Shown here: positions 1 through 14,026 of the stretch, in pieces
Position numbering within the stretch: the stretch's first letter is position 1
Layout: every line of letters begins with the position of its first letter
Made by a program: the position numbers and the translations under genes
Origin: Tubiluchus corallicola
Taxonomy: Eukaryota > Animalia > Priapulida
Direction: 5' to 3'
Assembly (NCBI GenBank): GCA_030141605.1
Contig: JAQGDQ010000003.1
Location: 1,984,001-2,048,000 of the forward strand
Length of the DNA: 64,000 bases
The notes under the pieces: model-generated
Databases searched by the model: none
What the model was told of the DNA's origin: nothing
What the model saw: the letters and a program-made list of their open reading frames with translations, nothing else

Positions 1-1689
1 GTACAGACATGACATAACGCACGTCACAAAAGAAATAACGGGAAACATATAATATGGTTCATGAAAGTCACTTAAAAACATTTTCCACTATATTACAGTC
101 AGTCTGTTTATTAATCATACACAACGCTGCTTAAATATCGTAACGATGGCCCACTCAGTCACTGTGAAAGTTTGATTTCAAAACAGGGCCAAACTCAACG
201 CTGGAACAATCTGTATTGATGCGCGTATAAGTACTTGATGTAAGGCGCAGTTTAGTGGAAAAACGCAGGGATGGTTTTTTTCTCACCCTTCATGGACAAC
301 TCAGTAAGACGTCGTTATAATAGAAATCGACTGTAAAATATGTTTATTTCTGCACAAAGTTGTTCTTTTTGTCCTCGCCTCTTGGGAATTTAGGAAAATC
401 AATGAACTGGGTTCAGATAATTATCGTGGCAATTTAGTTTCTTCACTTGTGCTTTAACTGAAAACTTAATGGTTAACAATAGCCATAACAAATCTATAAC
501 AGTACCGATGTCCAACATAACTGCGGCGTAAAGGTCACGTCAGCGCCCTTTTAAAAATAATTAGAAATTCTATTTTATTTCTGTTGCTCTTTTTTTAATA
601 TCAGATTTAACTGTGCAGTTTTTCTTTAAGTACAACGTGCTCACTTAAGTTTCCAATCAACAACCGAAAGATCTCCAAACTTGTCTTTACGCAATAACAA
701 AAGTTGAGAGATGTCAAAAATCAACTTGATTAGAAAGTAAATCTCTGATTTTTCTATAGTCATAGAGTAAAATCGTTATTGCATCAAGACAGTAAAAACT
801 CTGAGAAATGGCAACTACGGCTCACGTTGTAAAGTTTACAACTAACCTTAAAAACGGTTTTATCATCAATTTTAAAATGATATGACGTAATCATTGCAGG
901 GATTTGGCTACGCCAACAAGCTGAAGTTGAAACGCTTTTATTATTTTTTCAGAACTAGACGCTTTGTCGTAACGACATGAAAATAACGTTTTTTACAAAG
1001 CTTTTTTCAATTATAGCGGAGTTCTTTTTAAAGTACAGGGAGGCTAAGGATATAGGCCTATCATCTATTATTAAAACGAGTATGGCGCATTTCTTCATAC
1101 CGATGTTGGCAATTTGACAGAATAGCCATACCGTAAATGCATATTAGATAAGCATATCAATAAATAAACTCTAATGTGCCCTCAACATCGCTTTGATAAC
1201 GGGATCAGAGATTCTAAACTGTTAATGCAATGAAGCCATAAAATGTGCGCCTTGTGCTTAACGCCACAACTTTATTTCTGCAATTCATCGGTGTACCCTC
1301 AGTGTATATTTGGGGCCCTTAATCCTTTGTGTCACTCTGCAACACCTGCTTAGTGGTTTCTAATAAGTGCCAGTAATAAGAGCAAATGAACCTAATTTGC
1401 TTTTTAACGGTTCTATTAAATCCAGCTGATTACAGTCCTAGCTTCGGGCAGTTTTTAGTTTTAACGTTTCGACAGACCCAATAGTTAAGCCTGGCGATCC
1501 TCAAGATGAACTTAATACATCATTTCATTCAGTAAATTGCAAGCTACAAATGAACACGGCATGTCCTAATTCTGAACGATCAAAACAGAAATGGATTGAT
1601 CATTGAAATGTATCCCTCATTACCTCAGGAAGAGGAGGTGGGAATAGAGAGGGAATGAGAAATAAATGGAAAGCGAAGTGATGGAGAAA

Positions 1690-1882
1690 GAGATAGATAG
1701 ATAGATGGATGGATGGATGGATGGATGGATGGATGGATGGATGGATGGATGGATGGATGGATGGATGGATGGATGGATGGATGGATGGATGGATTGACGG
1801 ACGGACAGACGGACGGACGGACGGACCGACCGACCGACCGACAGACAGACAGACAGAGAGAGAGAGAGAGAGAGGGGGAGAG
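1690..1882. repeat. Compound microsatellite (ATAG)(ATGG)(ACGG)(ACCG)(ACAG)(AG)
   Basis: Directly visible; explains the overlapping low-complexity ORFs at 1600-2167. Confidence 0.97.
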
Positions 1883-2659
1883 AAAACAAAAATGAACATA
1901 CATTATATTTATTTTAACTCCAATAGTGTGCTTGCTGACGCAAACATCAGTAATCAAAGCATTATTACTGTACCATATTCACCATGTAAGTCACATGATA
2001 ATAATTGCACACAACAAACTAGGCAATCTAAGAAACGCTTAAGATATTCTGATATCTCAGAAACAGGGGAAAGAGGAAAGGGTAAAATAAAAACAACACT
2101 GTGCATTCAAATTATAGTCTTCATACGCACATACAAAACACCACTACATGCTGCAAAAGTCGTTTAAAACTCTTTCCAGGAAAACACGTTTGTATTCCGC
2201 TTGACGAACGAATACGATTACATGTTCGTATTTTAAAGCAACTATGGATAAAGACCATTACGCGGTTTCACTCAAAACCACTAGGGGATTAGCAGAGGGC
2301 TCGTGTGTGCTGTTGCTCTATAGATCTTGTTGCCTTAAGTAATTCCGTGATGAAGCCATCCATGTCGCCCGGATTCTTCACTATAATTATTCAAGATCAG
2401 AGAAAAGCGACTGTGGCCTTTAGAGACATGTAATAAGAATATCGTCCAACTTAATCACCTATTTCCTACTTTCCTTTCTTATAAAACCTCGTTTTCCACT
2501 ATTACAAAATGTCTTTTTTGCAACAGTTGTTTGCTGCAAAGCACTATGAATGACAATGCGCTAGGCACAATATTGCTGTATTGTGTATTAGACAATTTGT
2601 CTTATTACTACCCATCTGAATGAATGCATGACGGCGAAACTGGTCACTTTGCTGTTGCC

Positions 2660-2965
2660 TATCTACCTATAGGCGCCTACTAACCTTTAGTTTACTGACC
2701 TTACTTATATACCTACTTATTTACCTACCTACCTAACTATTTACCTTTCTTACCTACCTATCATCCTACCTACCAGACTGTCTAGCTAAATACGAACCCG
2801 CCGACCCTATCTATTTACTTACCAACGTGCTAACTTTCATGCTTGCCTGCCTGCCTGTCTGTCTGCGTGCCTACCTACTACGTACCTATCTAATATCCTA
2901 CCAACTACTTACCATATAATACATTCACATACCTACTTATGTTTATTATCTACCTCCCTGTCTAT
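2660..2965. repeat. Degenerate (CCTA)/(CCTG) tetranucleotide low-complexity tract
   Basis: Repeated cctac/cctacc/gcct units. Confidence 0.75.
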
Positions 2966-3102
2966 CTATTTAAAGATATAGCAAACTGAAATGCCCACCT
3001 GCCAAGAACTAAAATGTGTCCTTCCTGTCTTGTACACGAGGCGGTATAGGCACCATTATAGTACCATAACTTTAATATAGTATGACTAGGTAAAATTCTT
3101 AC

Positions 3103-4518
3103 CAGTAAGAACGTGGCAGGTTTTAAGTTTTTCCAGTAAAAACACTCAGTTGTAAGTTCTAGAGGATCCAGATTTGTCTTCACTTCGCCTAGCACCTCAT
3201 GCTTGGTTTTCTGACTCTCTTTGTTCACAATTTTTAACCTCAGCTGCACCTGAGAAACGCTCTCAATGGGTAATTGTACAAAGTCGAATTCTTCACTAAA
3301 AGTTGGTGCTTTAGTTCCTTTCATGTATCTGGATGTTTTTTTCTGTAATTTTCCTGGCATCAATGACAGCTTCACACATGCTGTGACGTCAGCATCTTGT
3401 TTACCACTACCGCCCAAATTTCGACCTTTCAGCAAACGAACACGTAGTTTTTCGGATCCTGGCAAATACTGCAAAGAGAACCTTATTTGGCCTTTGTCTA
3501 AGGGAGAAGAACTTGTGTCGATGGTATCTGATATGTCGGATAAACCTGATCCTTGAGAGTGGCATTTGTACAAAGCCACTGGAGATAAGCATTCATCTGA
3601 ATCAAAGCTGCCATCACCTGAGCCAAAACCATTGACATCCACAGATGTACTTTTCTCAATTTTCAGCTGTGGACATCCCTTTAGATACAGTTTTTCATCA
3701 GCACTTGTAAGCGATGACTGCCTTCTGTTTACTAAACCAGAAGCAGATGACTCATCGCCAAAAGCACCTTCTATAGCATGTTTCTGTAAATCTGGAGCCG
3801 TTCGGTTCTTTTTTTCTTTCTTCATGGCCTGAGGTGGTTGTGAATGTCTCCGAGGACTCTTAGGAGGTGTGCATTCTGTTGATTTGGGCTGCTTCTTTCG
3901 TTCAAAAGCTGCCTTCAGAAAGGCATTTCTGCCGCCAACAATTGAGCTGAAACTAGCTGACTTAGGACGTTGCATGCCTGATTGAGACGTGTCCTCCGCA
4001 GTCAGTCTGGTACCGTGGAGTTTCAACTGAGCGTCGGAGGCAGCACGTTGTCTCTTCATTCCTTCAGCTTCTTCTGGCGTGAGCAGACTATCAGTACGAC
4101 AACAACCGACGCCCAACAAGGAGCCAGCACTACCTTCTCTAGAGTTACTCCGACTCCTTCGACGGGCCAAGTTCACTAATGCTGCAAAACATTCTGCAGA
4201 GCCAAAAGGTCGTTGATCCATTTTGATGAGAGAAGAACTACGAGATCTGCCGTCAGATGGTGTTACCGGACATGAATGAGTACTGCTTGGACCAGGGCTG
4301 CCACCCAGACCACCACCAAGCAAGTCTATGTTGTTACCACAAGAACTCCTGTCACTAAAACTTTCTCTGCTACTAGCAGCTAAGGCTTGATGAGGAATCA
4401 CGAATTCTGGAACGTTCTTTGGCGTTATGACGTTACTAAAGTGATCAGAGACTTTTGACGCTCCCTGGGACAACAGCAGCTTCTTGGCTACCATCCAGTT
4501 GGTCATAGACGTAGACAT
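3103..4518 (-). CDS. C2CD4: C2CD4-like C2-domain protein, main coding exon (472 codons to a phase-0 splice donor; unspliced read-through ends at 2962, 518 aa)
   Basis: Long ORF. The N-terminal SNVITPKNVPEFVIP resembles the C2CD4-family motif SNVLTPDKIPDFFIPP. A Ser-rich linker is followed by a synaptotagmin-type C2 domain (GQIRFSLQY...LRVRLLKGRNL...CVKLSLMPGK...PTFSEEFDF...VLGEV). Acceptor TTTTATTTCCAG ends 2 nt before the ATG (exon starts 4520); donor CTG|GTAAGA follows 3103. Confidence 0.8.
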
Positions 4519-7500
4519 ACCTGGAAATAAAATTCAATTAACGACTAATTCAATAATGAAGTGAAAGATGTTGACATTTCCTTCAAAATTTTTTACATTA
4601 TCACCAAACAATTTACACAACGTTTTAATCCAAAACAGGTAAACTTGTCAAGTGTGTGTAGGTGTTTGCCTGTAGAAAAATAAAATAGGGCTACGAGTAT
4701 TGCAAATCGGAGAAAAGGTAATGACATATAAGCAGCTGAGAGATTCGTTCTTAATACGCAATCCCACGGTAAAAGAATTATTAAGTGTAAAAATTTTGAA
4801 ACTGCAACATATATGTTGAGTGATTCTTACATTTTAGAAGTATCCGAGTACATTTAAGAAGAATCCGACTACGAATGATTTTATGTAATTTGTGATATGC
4901 TATAGCGTTTGGTGTGGGTGCACATGCGAGTGGATATGTGCTTGTGTGCCTTCTGAAATCATCCATTTGCAAACAAAATTAGTCTGCAACTCGCTGCTAC
5001 ACTTCATCTTCTGCATTTCACTTAGCTAACCTTTGACTTCTACCATAAGCCTATAATTCATCACCTTACCCTGGTTATTTGGTGCGTTTCTGTCGTACCT
5101 TTCACACAAAACCCATGGATTCTGTGGCAACGACCGTTTTTAAACTAAGGTCATAAATTTGACTTTAAATTAACACCAAGTCTCAAACGCTGCATTACAC
5201 GAAATATGGGCATAATTATCTACCCCTATATCATCCAGTTTATAAAAAATATTTCAACTTTGTCAGTATGGAACAAGCGGGAAAAACGTTAGAAATGACC
5301 CAGAGCTAACATCCTGTAATTATAACCTGCCCACCTATGCCAGGCTGAATTTAGTACTTAAGCAAATTAAAAAAGTAACAAAAAATAAATATTGATTCAT
5401 TGCACTCTCTGAGCTTGTATTCATAATGAAAAACTCATTGTAAGATCATTACGTCCGACGATGTGTAACAAAACAACACATAGAACAGTAGCGATTTTGG
5501 TCGAGACTTCTACCAAAAATTGGGGCCAATGATGCGCTGTTGACGAACTTGCAGACTTTAGTGCACGAATACTACCGCGGGTATTACAAAGTCCATTTTC
5601 TAACACGTGATGTTATTTTGAACAACAAAACACGCAACAACTGTAGTAATGTATTAATATGTAATAATATTCACTATATAGATACAATTAATATTTTATG
5701 ATTGCAGCTTATCAAGTTCTGCACCAAATATAATAATCTCTATGTACAGTGATGCCTAGGTCAAAAAATATTCCAGCATTTATTAATTTTTTTAAATCGC
5801 ATATTTTTACAATTACAAGCGACTTAATTTCACTTCGCGGTATCCGAAACGTGGGATTTTAGCGTGTTTGTTTTGATAAACAAGTATTACCACAAACTTA
5901 CCTATCAGCCTAGCACAGATATTTGATATATTAAATGCTCTTTTTGGTAACAAAATGATTAGATGTATGTAAATATCAGCGACAGTAGTAATGGTGAAGC
6001 ACAGTGATGGAGCAACAGATTCAGCAGCAACATTAATAATAGCAACGCCACCAAGTAACAATCACCGCTAATATTAGTTGATCTACTAACACCAACACCA
6101 ACAGCAGCAGCTATGACCACGGCGATAGCTGTAACAGTTAAAAAGCAGTTGGAGCACCGATCCAGTGGAAGAAGTGTTAATGTACCAATATTGTGGCAGT
6201 AACAGACTGCGGCAACGCTGCAAGAGCAGAGCCTATTCCAGTCTTAACTGTCGTGAATTTCTTTTTATCACGGAATTTCAGCTAACTAGTTTAAAACCAA
6301 ATCACAAAACACTTCAACTCCAAAATAAATTTCTAAAATTTTAATTCCATATGTTTTTGAGCCACACCTGCCTCAAAACCGGTCTACAAAAAGTTCCCCA
6401 AAAAACAAGTATTCATCCACTAATCAAACCTTGGGAAAATAGGGCCAATTATTATGTATAAAGACAGTAATATGACTAGAGACTTGTGGACTTGTTCAAG
6501 TTCACAACATTAACCGTTACCAAGATCGACAATTTATCAACGCCGCGGTTGCTATTAAATCATTCGTTGTTAAATTTTCGAATTAAATAAGTCGAAAGAA
6601 AAAGTAAGGATCTAGCCAGGGTTAATAGATGCACGGTAGGCCTACTACTCAAAACAAAAAAAGTTATAGTGACAAAAAGGTATGGTGATGACAATGACGA
6701 GATAATGCTAATGATGATGTCAATTACAGCAGTGATGGCAACGGTGATAGCAGGCTTACTTTCAAGTTCAACACGCTCACAGATAAGGTGCTTTTTCATT
6801 TTTATGCTTTCGAAGCGCTTATGATTTTTATGCTTATGATTTCAAAATCTCTGCATTCTGGATTCTGTAGAAAGAAATAGCATTTTTTGGTAGAAAACTA
6901 CCAATGTTTCAAGACATTTTTTAGAAAATTGTATCTGCAACTCACCCGATGTTAGGCATATCTCTGTAACTTCTAATCTTTGCAGTTTAATTACACTTAA
7001 CAACTTTTTTCTGTCTACGGTTTTTTACCATCGCACTTTTGCATATATTTAGTTAGGTATTTGATACTTGATCATACTTCGTGTACAGGAGTAACAATAA
7101 AATTCTGTAAAAAAATCTCAAAAAATTAAAAATGAGTATGAAATGCTATTAAGAATAATTTATTTAAAAATATAACTGTTGTTCTTCGTAAGTTAATGCA
7201 AAACTGTCGAATACTAAGCCTATACCTAGAGCTTCATTGAGTTATTTAGTAAGTAGTACTTTTTAATTTCGCACGCTTCGGAAAAGCTACAATTGACCTA
7301 TATAGAATAATACAAGAAAAATATTGCAAACAGACTAATTGCTTTAAAGAAACGTTACTGTTGTATATTAAACCACTTATTGTGTTAGCTCATTTCTACG
7401 ACGAAAAGGTTGGACAAGTTTTACTGACTTTTCAGCTGCTTTATTCTCACGAGGTTATAAAGTGCTCATATCTACTTGCTGTGACAAATAATTAGTAATT

Positions 7501-10500
7501 GAAAGACAATGAAATATTATGTTACGTTTAGATTTTGGCAGTTCTTATAAGCGGTTTTTTCTTGAGAAGGAACTTAGTTAAATTTTTGATGGTACAGCAA
7601 TTTTTGAAAAAAGGCAACATTTTTTAGTAAGTATCATCTCCTTAAAATTCATGGCCGCCAGAATGCAAAGGCAATAATACGTTAGATAACTTTCAACTTG
7701 TTATATTCAACGTATATGATATTACACAACAAAGTATCTTATTTAAGATATGCAATTTTTCTTTACCTTGTAACCTATATTGTTAGTAGCAGTTACCATT
7801 AACGACTCAACATGCATTAATAGCAACGGCAGATATCTAAATTTTTATTATTGCATTCCGCGGTCTTATGCAATTATTTATTAAAACAAAATACTCAAAG
7901 TAAGTAGAAGTAACTAAGACGAACTACATTTTCTATCCGTTTGCCTTTTTTCGCTGCAAACGCATTTCAAATGAATTTTAGTAGCAAAATTCTGATCACC
8001 CTAGAGAATCGTACTCACATTTTGCATTTATCAGTCACCGCCATTCGTCATACAGATGTGTAAGAATCCAGCACAGAACTGACTCAGAAGACTTCTCCTT
8101 TTGTCGCAGTATCGCATGCAACCAAGCACAATGACGTTCAGTTTAGATCAATAGGGATGGTTATCACGCCGCCGCCAACTGTAACTTTAATTACCTATCA
8201 CTATTTTTCCATCTCACAACCGAAGCGACATTGACTAGTTCGTGTTTAATCGTAAACTTTCCTGTAAATCTGCAGATAACGATGTTGTCTTACACGCGAA
8301 ACGTAGCAACAGAATCGTAAAGACATTATAACGTAATTATCATTATCGTTTTTTCTCGCTTCTCTGTAGGTCTTCAGAGTAGCCATAATCATTTGATGCC
8401 GCGGTGACTTAACTATCTTATATTTTGCAAACATAAATCCTACGCAACAATTTTTAATTGAATTCTTGTAGTATAAAAGCAATGCAGCAACATAGGTGAC
8501 AAAAAGACACATTTACCATATTTTCATATAAATTCGACGTATATATTTAATTGCCTTAAGCCTGCTAATTAATTGCTTTAAAAGTCGCGTACTGAACAAG
8601 CAATTCAAACTGTCCATTTCCCGTACAATAATGATGTTCGTGGTTAGTTAAAAAAAGTTAGCTTAAATTAACAGCAGCAATAAGTTCTGAAGAAAATTGC
8701 TTTTACGCTCTCATAAAATAGCAGTCTTGCAACATTAGACTCGTAAATCTTTCCTGGGCAAAGCAATCGTATGGAATCAGCCATGGGACGCGAACAATTT
8801 CGCACATTTCGTACAAAATGCGTCATATAACGGTGTTTTATGTCATTACACTGCGAACATTTAAAATGAATGGGCATCTGTTCAGACTATAAGCTCGCAA
8901 CTGTCTCCTCATGATTTCAAACAAACAGGCTAATTAAAAAAAAACATTACTTAGAATTACCTGCTTCGTGTTGTTATTATAAATTATTTGTTTTACATTC
9001 ATTAGATAGAGTGTATTCGACAATTCATCAAAGTATATAAAACCATATATATAAACAATCTGCAAGACTGTTTTTATAAGCGGTTATGAAGTGTACGGGA
9101 GTTTTATTCTAGGGCAGAGATTAAAATTTAACTGCTGTATACGAAAACGCTTACCGACTCAAAAATGTACTCGCAAGCACTTAATAAACGAAAAAATAGC
9201 AAACGTATCGGAAACTATTTTAATTATGTTCTTTTAAGGCTACAGGCACTTCAGTGTACGGCGCTATACGTTTTACAAAATAATAAATAAAATTACAGAA
9301 ACTTTGCAGTGTTCATAATCGTAACGTTAACCACCCTATATGTGTTGCAAACGAAAATTATAAACAAAGGCGAAAAGGCATTTTTGTTCATTTATACATA
9401 AGTAGACAGGCAGCTGAAAGTACCAAAGATGACAAGTTTGTTTTCATCATTCATCAACATTCGTCAGTTTCGTCAATATTCACCCTTAATAATAAGAAAC
9501 TTATACGAGATAGAAAACAAAGAGAAAATCACTAATGATACCAAACGTCACACAACGTAGCACATTTCCGACTGAAGCTTGATCAATTTTACAAATTAAC
9601 TTGTTCAATGTTCTTCAAATCAGGTAAATTCATTAGTTCAGCTTGTCAAATTTTTGGAAAACAATTCTACGTCTGTTAAACGATCGGACGTTTAATGGGA
9701 TGTTCCAGACATAATCGCACATGAGTTGCGGAAATAAACTAATCCTTGCCTCCAGTGATTGCATTACTCATGTTAGATGAGTGCTGTCAGCAAATCTAGA
9801 TATGTTTTTGCAGTCGCTCAACCGTTTGATGAAGCTGAATCTCTTAACTTCACGATATGATTGAACTTTCTGCGGCTCGTAAACAGCTGCAGACGTAAGT
9901 GACGTACATACATATTCTGCTTAACTGTATTATAAACGTAACTGTATTCCTATAAGTTCGTATATAAGCATTATATTTGTATCTACAATTTTAAGGTTTA
10001 ATAATTGTAGGTATTATACCTATAATATTTATAGTACGTATAACAGATATACATATATTCACATTACACGTATCACTATAATCATAATCTATTACATGCA
10101 TATAAATATAATAATCGCTATATCGTTTCCATAAAAATTAAATATTGATACCTAAAATTGCGGGAACTTTAGTTAGGAAAAAACAAACAAGAAGTCCTTT
10201 TCGATGAAGTCCTTTTACTTCAGTTACTCAGTTTATTTATTGTTGATTTACAATACCATCAAGTATATGATGTGCAAATACTAAGGGCAGGGTGAACGAA
10301 AAAAAGAAGTAAAGGGCACCAAAGTAATCTAAACTTCCTCAGATTAGTAGAGCAATCGCCGTCATTACTGTTCCAAGTTCTTATGAAAGAAATATAATTG
10401 TTTTGTGGATTTTAAACGAGAGAGGTCACGAGTCTACATTTCGGAGAAAGTCATCTATTATTACCTTTAAGTAATCTACAGCTTGATGATACTTTTTGGA

Positions 10501-11689
10501 TTGTTCAACTGTAGGAAATTCAGCCCTGGCTTCTAAAGCGGTAAGGCCGAATAATAGTTGATTAACATTTATCTGACTAGCGCCATTTATGGCGCCGGAT
10601 ATTATTAACATAGCACGAATTTTTCATAAAAATTAAAGTACTGAGAGTACAGTTTGTCCAAATTAAAATTACATATTCAATTACTTTTCTTAGAGATGTT
10701 TTATAGAAATGGCTAAAATATATGTAGTTGTTTTGAATTTAAGTAGATAAAGTAAATTGTTGTGAAATAAGAATAATGACCAGTGTTGTATATTAATTGC
10801 TGTTATTATATTAATGTAGTTAAGTAGATAATAGGTACTTTCAGTATTGCGTAACAAACTTGTATACGTTTTCCGCTGCGTCACGTCACCAGTTAGAAAT
10901 TAGCAAACAATAGGCCTAAGGACAAAAGATATTTACGAAATGTTAGCAAATGCGTGTCATAAGATGCTTTCTGCGCATGCCCCAGGTGTCATATATTGTG
11001 AATTTTCTCAGACTTGCGTCATTATGGTAGAAGCATGTGATATGAATGAAGTATTTTGTTGTCTTTATGTTCAACGTAGTTCATATGGAAGTTTCAATTA
11101 CGCTCACACTGAAATATAAATGTCTAGATTATCACTTCAACTTCAATAATGCCGAAGACGAGACCATTTTGCGTGCCAATCTTTTGCAGAAATATAAAAA
11201 TTGACTTTTCATTGTAAAATTGGGTAAGTTTAGCCTGAAAGACAATAACTTCGGCCAAATGTTACACCTCTTTTACGATATTGTAACTCCCAAAATGGAA
11301 CACCAATTCGTAATGTTATATAAATCGGCGATTTAAAACTTTTGTGTAATACATACAGTACCGTGTGGTCTTTCGTCACATCATATTTATCTGTAGCATA
11401 TGCACTAACATCTTAACTACTGTATTATGAAGCTAAATAAATTTACTATTTCTTAGACTGTTACTATCGCTGTCGGACAAAGTACACTTGTATCATCTGC
11501 ACATAAATGCACTAAACTGTAACAAATGCACATAAGATGTTGGCTACGTCATCAATAATACTAAAAAAAATTCTGTACCCTAATTATGAGAAAATGATGA
11601 TAAAAAAATTGATATTATTGTACGATTCTGGCTCACCAGGTTATAGCCTGTAGACAAAAATGTCAAAACTCAGGAAGGTATATAACCGA

Positions 11690-11960
11690 ACGGTCAGGCG
11701 AGTGTAATTCGCGACCTAAGTTAAACAACGTCGAGGTTGGCAAGTGAACAGATGGGTGACTCCACTTCAATAGTCACTCTGGGAGGTTTCAGTCGCCATA
11801 CTGATTCTGGCTTTTTAAGCATAAGGGAAGGATGATCTACATAGTACATCTGATCGTAGCTCAGATACTTCTACGATTGCCTATCTCAATAAGGCATATC
11901 GACAATAAATAAGACTGCCGGTGCTGGATTACGGCTTGCAATGTGCTGAACGACGAGTTA
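11690..11960 (+). mobile_element. 5S rRNA-derived SINE (SINE3-like), decayed copy 1
   Basis: AAGTTAAACAACGTCGAGGTTGGCAAGTGAACAGATGGGTGACTCC resembles the 5S internal control region (GAAGTTAAGCAG..TCGGGCCTGGTTAGTACTTGGATGGG.GACC). It is followed by a non-5S body shared with 22490-22735. Confidence 0.6.
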
Positions 11961-12307
11961 GTTTAGGTGCATGGGTCCTAGTAAATGTTTGGAAAAACTA
12001 TGTTTAAAATTTATGGATCAAGACACAGTTTTGCGACTTTGCCACGTTTGAAAGTGTCTAAAATCGACTAAATTGTTGGCAAACTACGCTCTTTGGGTCT
12101 TCTTTTATACAATTTAGTATTCTGCATGGGTTTGCATGTTAAATAAAACGTCGATTCGTTAAGTATGCCTTATTATATTGTTAAGTACATTACACGGAAT
12201 TAAGATATAATTTTGTTAGAATAGTTCCAATGAGCAAAAGTTAGGAATAGGAACTTCTTTCAAAAAACTCATGAAAACAAGGTTATGCCTATAAATAATG
12301 CAAGCGT

Positions 12308-12419
<112 letters not shown>

Positions 12420-13445
12420 CTACTTTGTAGCTGATTCAACCTTGCGCGCCCTCTGTGTGGCCCACTAGAAGCGCAGCTTCAGAATCGACGCATCGTAGGA
12501 AAGCCTGCATATTCAACCAGCAAGTGTACACGGAAAAGCACTTTGGCTTCGCGGCACCTGTCCAACTTAAGCAATTACGTCCTGTTCACGTGTACACTGT
12601 TATGAATACCAGCCTGCCTATATAAATTACCGAATCATTTCATCGATGTAGACCATACTAGTAATAACAATGTCAATAGTATAAATTATTATTATCCAGG
12701 TCAACACAAACGCAACGCGTGAGGTTTATTTAATGTGCGCAAATTCCTGTCGACAGAGAGGCATTTAGCTCTACATGTTGCTGTTTCATTGAACTGATTT
12801 TGCTTGAATGGCACAGAAAGTTAAGAAATGGTTGCAATATACTATGTGGAGTATGCGAGCATAGTTGATGATAGGTGTCTCGGCAATGTGATAATTTTAC
12901 TTACTCACACGATGGCAGTCTCTCCGTGTTTTATTAAAGAATACAAACGAGCTCATTATTAAAGTTTTTTAAATTAATGATTAGATGCAGTTTTCTAGGA
13001 ATAAAGTGAAACAATGTTAAGCCTAAGCATTCAGCACTCAGCTTACCGTTAGGTGTCGGTGGCGGAACCGAATAGATAGGGTGGCGTATCAACATTCGAA
13101 TGCGAGTTAAGCGCATATACGAGAAACAAGAAAACCTCTAATGGAGCACTAGCCAAAGGCAGTATGGGTATATAAATTAAACTTATTATTAGCAATTCCG
13201 CAAATCAACAATACAAGAAATTTCACCGTGAAGTAATTTCTTGTAAATTTCTAGTAATGCCTGAGACGAAATTAATAAAAGTACTGACCTACTAATCTTG
13301 TAGGCTCAATTACTCGTGTCATCTCATCATAACATGCATGCCAGACGTTTTTTGAGAAAATTAATACATGTGAATTTTGAAGCATTTTAAGCAATAAATA
13401 TTTAATTAGCAAATAGCCAGGCAGGTTTCTGTGTGCTTGCTACGG

Positions 13446-13491
13446 ACAGAGAAAGAAAAAGAGAAAGAGAAGGGGGTAAGAATGAACGAGA

Positions 13492-13538
<47 letters not shown>

Positions 13539-13613
13539 TGAGAGAAAGAGGGAGAAGAAAGAAGGAGGTTAAGAGAGAGAGAGGGGGGGAGAGAGAGAGA
13601 GAAAGGGAGAGAG
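13446..13613. repeat. (GA)n / purine-rich tract
   Basis: GA run with purine-only flanks. Confidence 0.95.
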
Positions 13614-13972
13614 GTGATCCTCAATAGGCCGGAATGACGCCTTGTCTAGTTTTTGCCACGGCTAATTACAAACGTAGAGATAACTTTATTGGATTTAATA
13701 ACGCCGTTAAAGAGTCATGAAAACTGCTTTGCGCGTTGTATAATTTGTTTGGGAATATAAAAACTTATTAAACGAAGTGCTTAACCGTATAGTGTAGATG
13801 ATAAGGAAGTAATGCAACAGGCAATTGCTTCTGCGTTGTATGGGCTGAACTTTCAGCTTTCATGAAACATCATGTAATTATAAAAAAATAGATCATGAAG
13901 AACAGTTGAAAGTAACACAGGATAATCTTTACTGATAAGAATATGTATTAATAAAAGAAACATTCTTTATCG

Positions 13973-13987
13973 TATATATTAATTTCG

Positions 13988-14026
<39 letters not shown>

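Noticed and set aside
1600-2167. Overlapping ORFs with MDGW/PSIH repeats (and similar poly-residue ORFs at 12216, 16515-16959, 18130-18589, 20322, 25927-26720, 36590-36942, 40886, 47173, 52722-53077, 54309)
   Set aside because: Translations of microsatellites that lack stops in several frames; no domain or splice support.
2289-2382. Minus-strand frame VKNPGDMDGFITELLKATRSIEQQHTRALC* as the last exon of the C2CD4-like gene
   Set aside because: I found no acceptor that joins it in phase 0 to the 3103 donor, and it shows no recognisable homology.
2615-2650. Hammerhead-ribozyme-like CTGAATGA...GGCGAAAC
   Set aside because: The core deviates from CUGAnGA and no convincing stems flank it.
3266-4179. 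Short ORFs inside the C2CD4-like exon
   Set aside because: Antisense or alternate-frame shadows of the real coding exon.
10230-10611. 61-aa minus ORF (10426..10611)
   Set aside because: No splice or domain support; more likely a very decayed LINE 3' end (RTWNS-like relic and AATAAATAAA), too weak to call.
11715-11765. Functional 5S rRNA gene
   Set aside because: Only a partial, heavily diverged internal region followed by non-5S sequence; called as a SINE head instead.
12444-12476. Back-to-back CTCF-like motifs next to (CA)n
   Set aside because: Both need an indel to fit the consensus.
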